Assembly (NCBI GenBank): GCA_044892525.1
Contig: CM097885.1
Span: 44,456,001 to 44,520,000 of the forward strand
Direction of reading: 5' to 3'
DNA: 64,000 nt
Source of the DNA: Schmidtea polychroa
Taxonomy: Eukaryota
Below are positions 55,569 through 64,000 of the stretch, piece after piece (the stretch's first letter is position 1; each line of letters opens with the position of its first letter). A program made the position numbers and the translations under genes. Under the pieces are notes generated by a model. The model searched no databases. It worked only from the letters and a program-made list of their open reading frames with translations, and had not been told where the DNA came from.

Positions 55569-56918
55569 AACTAAATCATAGATTATCCAGAAATTACACA
55601 ATATATTTCCTCATTATACAATTTATGAATTTTAATTTTGAATAGATATTTACCATAATCATTTATTTGCGATTATTAATGAGTTTTATTGAAAAGAAAA
55701 ATTGAAAAAGACAGTATTTTGTAAAATATTGAATATAAGTAAACCGAACATAATTTATAGCATATCGTAGATTATTTATATCTTAATTTTTTATTGCAAA
55801 TTTGGTCTACAAAATTATTTGTTACATTTTGATTTATTGGCAATAAATTGTATATAATAGTTTCTGCTTTAATTAGTAAAGTATGTGCTGCAAATTCGTG
55901 TCATTCTTTTGAAAATATTGAACTATTGCTATATTCTTTATAATAATAAATTTAATATTTTTCAAATTTCACCACTGATTTCTTTTCCATTGACATTGTA
56001 TTTATTATATAGCTTGACTATGAATCAGTAAATATATCGATGTTTTTGATATATTTACTGATTTATAGTCAAGCTTTGTAATAAATTCAATATAAATTTA
56101 ATAATAAAAATAATAAAAAAAACATTTGTCAAATAATGGTGGAAATTAAAACTTTATTGTGATTTATAATTTTGCATAGCTCAAACTATTTTATCACTCT
56201 TGATTTAGGAAAAATGTATTATCAAGTTGAGTAACAAGATGAATTAAGATTAACAAATTTTGGATTTTCTAAAATAATATTCAATATTTTTGGGTTAGGG
56301 GAAAAATTTCATTTTTTATAAAATTTCATTTTAATAAAAGAATATAAGATTTTTACATTTTTTTTCTTTCAAAGACATTAATGGATGTCTAACAAGTTTT
56401 AATTTATCAAAATCCCTTGAAAATGGCTGTTCCGAAAATTTGTGAATATCAAAAAAAAACATCGATATCTTTACTGATTCATATTCAAGCTTTTAAATAA
56501 ATACAATGTCAAGTGAAAAGAAATCAGAAGTGAAAATTGAAAAAAATTCTTATAATAATACATAATTATATGGTATTATGGAGTATGTTATAAATGATAA
56601 GGCTGAGTTATTAAATGATATATTTTTACATAATAATCACAAGTATTAATATCTAGAATATTAAAGAGTAAATTATTTGGAACATAACTACCTGTATCTA
56701 AAAGAAATGTGGTAAACAATTCTGGTAAGTAATAAAAGACTAAAAATAGTGCCTGTGTCTTTTATATCTACGTGGAAATCATTTACTTAACTGTTTATTG
56801 TTTACTTTCATATACTCTTAACTAAAAAACTAAAATGTCATATATTAATACATTTGCGGATCTTGTAATCAAAGAAAGTAAAAGCTTTATGAAATAGATT
56901 ACTAATATTTATCTATAC

Positions 56919-58789
56919 CAGTGTTTATCAAACTATTTCTGTTCGCGAAATCCTAAAATACCATTTTTTCTTTGGCTGAACCCCAACAATTAAAAAGCTC
57001 AAAATTTAAAGATTGAGAATAAAGTTATTTTAAAACTATCAATGAGATGAGTGGCACTGATATTCACACCAAAATTTTCACATCAATTCGAGGCTCAATC
57101 GATGACAAGCAAACTCTCATTTGTTGGTCAACTATCAGTAATCGTTCGCGCTTCTGATATTTAGTTTCGGTCAATGTTGAGAATCCTAATTCACATAAAT
57201 ATGATGTTGCAAACGGTAGCAAAATTTTCACAGCTTTTAAGCTCAATTCTTGATACGGATTTTCCAATGAGATTCAGAATTCAGAAAGCTCAACTTGCAA
57301 AAAACTAGTTTTGTATAACGAGTCCTCTTTTAGACAAATCAGTTGTGTCGATAATCTTTTGGCCTCGCAATTTCCAAACGGATTCAATACCCAATCATAT
57401 TGTTCAAAGTTTAGAGATGGAAAATACCTCTTCATAGATCTTTGAAGATTGTTCAAAGTCTGTTTGATATCTTCAATAATTAAATCTTTGTTGTCGAGTT
57501 TGTCAGTCATTGAGAATGGTTCAAAGTTGTTGATCAATTGCTGTTACAATATTCTCGTAATTCCCGTTATTGAATATATTAAGGTTTCAAATAAGTCAGA
57601 CAGAAATGCTACTTTAAGCCACTAAAACTAGCTGTGAACATCGAATTCTAAAACCAAAATTTCACTTTCGAAGAATGAGATGCTTTCCATCTTTAGGAGG
57701 TATATGCGTTAAAGGAGTTTCACATTTAAAAGCCAAAGCACATCTGTATGAAACAGCAAATTTTGGTAGTTCGAATTCATTGCCTCGCACAAGACAGAAA
57801 AAGTCCGAGCAAAGTGCGTTGAGTTTAATAAAATTAACTATTTTGATAATTTGATTCATGACCAAATAGAGGTTTTCATGTAAAAATTTGACCATCAAAG
57901 CTTCTATGTGTGTCTGTACAAAGTATGACTTCTAGTGCAATTAAAATTGCTGGCTAAATTTCAATTTTGTCTTCGACGTGAGCTTTCTTATTTTTACACA
58001 AAAGTTGTGCAATTTTACAGCTAACAAGAGCTGCATTTTCTGGAACTTTGCTAAAATTTGGTTTCTAAGTATGTAACAAAAGGTTGCAGAATTCATCGAT
58101 GACCCCGAGCAAACTGAAACGACATCTTGTTGTGAAACATTTAGCTCTGAATGCAAAACCTAAAGCCTACTTTGAAGGACTTTAAGGACTAAGCATAAAG
58201 GCGACTCTCCATCTGCAGTACAAATAAATCCAAATTGGATGTAATCATCATTGTATCTTCGTTTCTTCTCGACAGACGCGACAGAAGTCGGTTTACTGCC
58301 CGCATTATCCGAGTTTATCAACCAGTTCTCCATAAAACAAATTCGAAATTTTATTTGTTGAAAAATAAATTTTAACTTACTAAAAATAACGAGAAATAAA
58401 TATTAATTCAATATTACATTTATTAATTAGTTTCAATGAGTTTATTGAATTGGAAATAGATTAATTGAGAAATAACTACTGTCTATTTATCAACAAATAC
58501 ATTAAATTACCGATAGTCAATTTACCTCCTAATACAGTAAGTAATTATATCTCAATTGTCCCAACAGCAATTTTATTAAGGCCAATCTTTCGCGATTTTT
58601 AGATGAATTTGACTGAAATTAATCGCGTACGTTTGAATTTATTTCATAAAGCTTGACGAGTGGACTAAAAATTTGAATTACATTAAAAAATATCCGTTGG
58701 AGAAATTTTAAAATTGGTAATATCTAGTGTCAGAGCTCATTATCCCGCGGAACCCTAGGATTCTGTATGAACCCATTGGGGAATCACTG
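56919..58789 (-). mobile_element. hAT (Buster/ZBED8-like) element, degenerate
   Basis: TIR CAGTGTTTATCAA / TTGGGGAATCACTG; TSD ATCTATAC/ATCTATAT; RRYNDDYIQFGF, DWVLNPF, ILLPFATSYLCELGFS. Confidence 0.88.
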
Positions 58790-59732
58790 ATCTATATGAA
58801 TATAGCAATGTTAAAAAAGAATAAATTACAACAATAATAAGTGGTAGTATATAATGATTATTTATCCTAATATTGTGAATTAAAGTTAAGATGACGCATT
58901 TTGAACTATAAGTAGCGTCAGACATAATGACACGAACATTTTAATACTTATATTTCATTTCAAGGTGATGGACAACTATAATTTCTGAAGAAATAAAAAA
59001 ATATCAAAAGGGAAAAAGTAAATAGACAAAAAGTAAGAAAACTAAAAAACTAATAGCATTATTGAATTTAGCAAAGGTATAGTAGAGATTCCAAGGGAAA
59101 TGAAAATGTAATTCATTTTGAATAAATATAAAATCTCAAATCGTTCTGCTGTATAGCAATTTCATTAATGTATTTCTTGATACATTTGAAGTGAGCCATA
59201 AATAAATATCTTTTAATAGGTTTTTGAGTTGTATAAAAATTCTATAAAAAAAGATTTGGCGATAAAACCGCAGCAAAAATAATTATTCCTAAAGAAAATT
59301 TTATTTAATTCGACTTTCAAGAATTATCATGAACATCTGAAAGCATTTGGAAATGGAAAGAAATATATAATAATAGAGCTGACTGATAAACATATTTCTT
59401 TATAAGCAATAAAATAACAAGAAGATACTCATTGTGTAAAAGAATAAAATGGTAAAGGCTGGGAATACATTTCTACCGGGGGTAAAATTTATTGTAAATT
59501 CAACAATCAAAATAGAATACTGAAATGAATCCTGAACAAATTGCTTTTTAATGAAAAGCATTCAGAAAGAGCGGTATGAAAATGATGAATTATGTGAATA
59601 AAAATCACTAGATAAACATAAGTCTAAAAGGTTACAACTACGAACCAAAATACAATGAAAGAGTGAAAGGAATAATTAAAAAGTAATAAAGATAGAATAA
59701 ACCAAATAGTCAACTTTGTAAATTCCGCTTAA

Positions 59733-59957
59733 CCCTTTCAATACTATTTTTTTATTCATGTAATATTTATAGCACAAAATTTTATAGAAAAGAAAAAAAG
59801 CAGACACCAAACAGCAACAAAGCAGACAGGTTTGGACTTGTTTACGATCCTAACGAGTACTAAAATCCCAGATCCCAATGCATTTGTAGGCATTTAAATT
59901 ATTTTAGTAATTATTAGAAATTCTCTGGAACAATATGTCCCTACAGTATTGAAAGGG
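59733..59957. mobile_element. piggyBac-like MITE
   Basis: TTAA|CCCTTTCAATACT ... AGTATTGAAAGGG|TTAA. Confidence 0.85.
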
Positions 59958-60164
59958 TTAAGTAATAAATGTAAAAATTTATGCTTGATTAAAATATAAA
60001 AATTTATAAAAATATACAATTCAAAAGAAAACGATTTAAAAATTCCATTACAAAAAATAAGACACAAGTTCAAAATGAAATATTTGGATACCAGGAATCA
60101 AATTGATATAAAGATAAATCTCGTTCCAATGAAAAAATTTAAAAAATATAATAAAAAATACAAA

Positions 60165-60360
60165 TTAGGCATCGGTTGCACCACTCAAATCAATTTCAGG
60201 ATCAATATTATGTAGACTTTGTGATGTCATAATAGTGGGATTATTAATAATATTATTATTATTATTATTCACTGGAATTGGAGGTGGACGTTTCTTTTTT
60301 CTGAGTTTTTTCGGAGTATTCTCCTTTAATGATGGATTCTAATAATGAGTATAAAAAATA

Positions 60361-60454
<94 letters not shown>

Positions 60455-63400
60455 TAATAATACGTCTTTTTCATGCGAATTTTCAATTTGTGTTAAATAT
60501 AAACACTGATCTATAGTAAAAAATTAAACAACAAAATGAAACTGTAAATGAAAAGAGGTCAAAAAATAAATGATTTGACTGATCATAATAGTAATAGTAG
60601 AATTATTCGGAAAAATCAAACTATGTTAATGCTTTCGCTGGGATAATTGTAGATTTTGTAACTCTAAATTTGATTTAACACAAATAAAAATGAGTTATTT
60701 ACATTAGCAAACTGATATTTCATAAAAACTGTATCTTTATTTTAATTGAAAACCAATTCAGTGTCTAATTTTCCCAAAAATTATTTCGTGCCTTTCATAC
60801 AGACATTTCGGTTAAAAAATGTTTAAATAAATATTTCTAACAAACTTTAATCTACTGACAAGTTAAATAGTAATAAAAAATTAATATAATTTCCACTATT
60901 AGACAGTAAAACGTAAGTAATAATAAAAAATTTTCAAATTTAATAAAACTATGTTCCAAGAATTCAATATACAAAGTATGAAATTGCAAACAAACTAAGT
61001 TTTCTAAAAAATAGCTTTAATTTTGTTTATTATTATTTTATGATTTTGTTAAGCCGAATACGTGAAATCGGCAAATTCTACTGTTAATTATCAATTCCCC
61101 TGTATTTGGATTTAATTATTGAATATATTAATTTGCTTTCTATTTCAAGTTAAACCAAGTGATCTATTGTTTAATTTTTTCTAGAGAAAGATTGTTAAAA
61201 TACATTGTATTCTATATATCGGAACATAAAACAAATATTCATAATACAAAAGTATATGGATTGGTCACCACTGAATCAAGTACCCAAGGGGAGGGAGAAA
61301 TTATTTCTAAAATCACTTATTATTTTTATGTAGGTCAAATAAATTTTTCATTTTTCATAATTTTCAATGTTTTTTCTAAAATCTTTCAAAGTTTTTATTA
61401 TTTTTCGCGATATTTAAGGTTTTTTGACGAATTTTTTTCAGAGTTTTATGTAGGTCAAATCGACTTTAAAAACAGGTCATCGCTGAATCATATAGGCCAA
61501 ATCAAAATTATTTAATTTTATCCTTTTTAATTATTTTGCACAAAAAAATTTTCAAAATTTTTTAATATATTAAATCGACTAAAAACAGGCCACCGCTGAA
61601 TCATGTAGGTCAAATGCACATTCTATATAGTTTTAATAAATACACAATCTATACATACATACTATACATTATAAATACATACACCAAATCTATATAGTTT
61701 TATTAAAAATAAGTAGGTCACAATAAGTACACACAATATAGTTCAGTGTTTCCCAAAGTGGGTCATGTGCCCTCTCTAGGGAGCACAGAAAATTTTTCAA
61801 AAAAATTAATATATTTCAATTTTCGAATAAATAGTTAAACATACATGGCGTTTGAGATAAACATGTCATGTGTTTCGTACGAATTAAATCTAATAATTTA
61901 GATCAGTTAACTGTTTTCTTATTTTCTTCTAATCCTTGTAACTCTCAAAATATGACAACTAATTTAGTGAATACCAAAATGGATGTATGAGCAAAATCGG
62001 AATATCTGATTTAAAAATTTTATCAAAAAAAATTTGATATTCATTGAAAACGTGTTATAAAGAGTGTTGTTTTCATTTGCTATTGTCAATAAAAAGTATT
62101 CTCAAAATTCCTTATTCCATTTGCGTTTTTTGACTTTTTTCAAGATGCAAAAAATGTGGGAGACCTCGCAAAACAGACGAACACATGGATCGAACTTTCG
62201 TGACTGCCAAAACCATTCAAGATAACTTGAACGTCCATCACTTGAGCAACCAAACTATTCGAAATAGACTAATGAGCGTTGGACTTCATACACGCAACCA
62301 TGCTAAAAAGGCATATGTTTCTGCTAAGAATCGTTCGGAAAGAATCGCCTTTTCCAAAATGCACATTGGCTGGACTACACAGCAAAGGTCTACTGTACTC
62401 TGGTCTGATGAATCAAAGTTCAACCTTTTTGATTTCGATGGTCGATGTAAAGTTTGGCACCCAAAAAGAGAAAAATACAATCCTCTGTAACAAAACCAAC
62501 TGTCAAGCATGAAGCTTTCTCTAGATCTGGAACGGGTCCACTAACACAGATCACCGGCATCATGGACAGATTTTTGTATCGCGACATCCTTGAAAAGCCA
62601 ATGTTTCCATATCCTATGGTAAGAATGCTTCAGAAGCCTTGGAGCTAAACATTTCGTGAACGGGAATCAGTTGTATGAGAAACTTCAGGAAATTTGGTCT
62701 GAGATTCATGCTTGCATTTGTGAGCACCTTGTGGACTCAATGCCACGTCGTTATCAGGTAGTTTTGAATGCTGGTGGATATCCTGCAAAATATTAATTAT
62801 TATCTTGGTGTAAACTCTTGTTGAGATTGTCATTCACTCAGTATTTATTCATTACAACAGAAAATAAAAAATGCTTCCATACTTATTTGATTCAAATTCG
62901 TAATTTTTTAAACAAATTACGAAAAGGGTGTCGAAATTTCCTTCCATTGTTGCACTAATTGTACCTTCAGAAAGCCCACATAAAACTGTACCAAGAAGCA
63001 CAAACAGTTAAATTCGCAGAATAAAATGATAAAAAAGAAACAATTTTATATCTCATGTTTCCATACTTTTTTTGCTCAGTGTATAATAATTACTATTATT
63101 AATATTATTTTGCAAATACTATTTGGACAAAAATTACAATTTTAATTAAGAAAAATTAATTAAAATCTAGGAAATAGTATTTCAAGTCAACCTTTTCAAA
63201 CAAATTGAAGATTATTCAAGCATTTAAAATAATATGTGTAATAATTAATTTCAAAAAATAAATAAATACCTGTGTTGATGAAATAGTTGGCAACTCAAAC
63301 GCTTGCTGTAACGATGATTTAATTTGAGAATTCGATTGAGGTCGTCTTTTTAGTCTTTTGTGTTTAAACCCATCAGGGTTGAAGGTGTCAATTATGTCAG

Positions 63401-63458
63401 CGGGAAGCTTGATATCGCCTGATTGATTATGTAACTTATTTGCTTTGAATGAATTATT
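60165..63458 (-). CDS. 3' part of an unidentified gene entering from beyond the window: internal exon 63458-63270 and probable last exon 60338-60165
   Basis: 63458-63270 is a 189-nt AG/GT-bounded exon open in one frame only; 60338-60165 follows an acceptor and reads NPSLKENTPKKLRKKKRPPPIP..DLSGATDA*; intervening exons unresolved. Confidence 0.5.
60358..60452. repeat. (AAT)n microsatellite
   Basis: Near-perfect trinucleotide run. Confidence 0.98.
62145..63081 (+). mobile_element. Tc1-like transposon, 5'-truncated and degenerate
   Basis: GRPRKT, TIRNRL, VLWSDESKFNLF; right TIR CATGTTTCCATACTTTTTTTGCTCAGTG followed by TA. Confidence 0.9.
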
Positions 63459-64000
63459 CTATAGAAAAATTATCATCAAATATCAATTTTAGGAAGACTA
63501 GTTAATGTTTTAAAAGATATTTTGAAAATAAAAAAAATTATTATTTTTAAAATCATTAATAGATAGTAGGTAGATATTGACCCTATGCAGCAGTGACCAT
63601 CTGCAGTAACTATCCTCACCTACTACAGATATCTAATGGATTTTCAGAGAGGTTTTTTGGCTAAAGATTTTACAGGTCAAAACGAACTAGATTTAGTCTC
63701 GTTAAAAAGCCTAAATATCTTTCACGTTAAAAAATCCTAAAATAAATTCTTGTTAAAAATTAATGGTAAAATATTTTGAATATTTGATGTCGTCTGAGAA
63801 ATCAGGGTAATATTTTAAAAAATAAGTAAATTAAAGAAATAACTTAAAATTTATGGTAACATATTTTGAAGAATCGATGTCTTCTTAAAAAATAAAGTAG
63901 TAATTGTTATATAAGTAATAATTTTCAAATAACTAAAGTAATAAATTAAAATTAAATTAAAGTCATTTAGAGTAATAACTTAAAATTAATGTAAGATATT

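Noticed and set aside
56180..59720. Small Gypsy-like scraps (YFITLDLGKMYYQVE near 56190; integrase-like sequence at 59000-59700)
   Set aside because: Likely real but too short and decayed to delimit.
63270..63458. Resemblance of DGFKHKRLKRRPQSNSQIK to the PP2A B56 N-terminus
   Set aside because: No B56 core exons found downstream; the next plausible exon is a short terminal one.

Overview
Very AT-rich eukaryotic (metazoan) genomic DNA with many 42-68 bp GT-AG introns; a flatworm-like genome is my inference only. Host genes rebuilt by hand from splice phases: RYBP/YAF2 (-, 3 exons), NUDT9 ADP-ribose pyrophosphatase (+, 7 exons), a 748-aa 7-exon gene I cannot assign to a family (+, 37099-55568) and the 3' end of another gene (-, 60165-63458). 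Most of the rest is mobile DNA: a young 4.6-kb Ty3/Gypsy element (235-bp LTRs with TA..TA ends, tRNA-Leu PBS, -1 frameshift signal), at least seven hAT elements/MITEs with 8-bp TSDs (one carrying ~2.3 kb of unidentified cargo plus a solo LTR), Tc1, Tigger, piggyBac-like and PIF MITEs, solo LTRs, and HSP90 and DDX6-like pseudogene fragments. The most interesting region is 25.9-36.7 kb: two arms of a decayed Polinton/Maverick (adintovirus-like) element with integrase, packaging ATPase, adenain-like protease, penton, fiber-like protein, a membrane protein with YPxL and PSAP motifs, and the pPolB tail. Its terminal regions hold a cluster of tRNA-like Pol III units (A box, B box, T-run) and an internally inverted AGTAGT end. 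All homology calls come from motif recognition; no searches were run.
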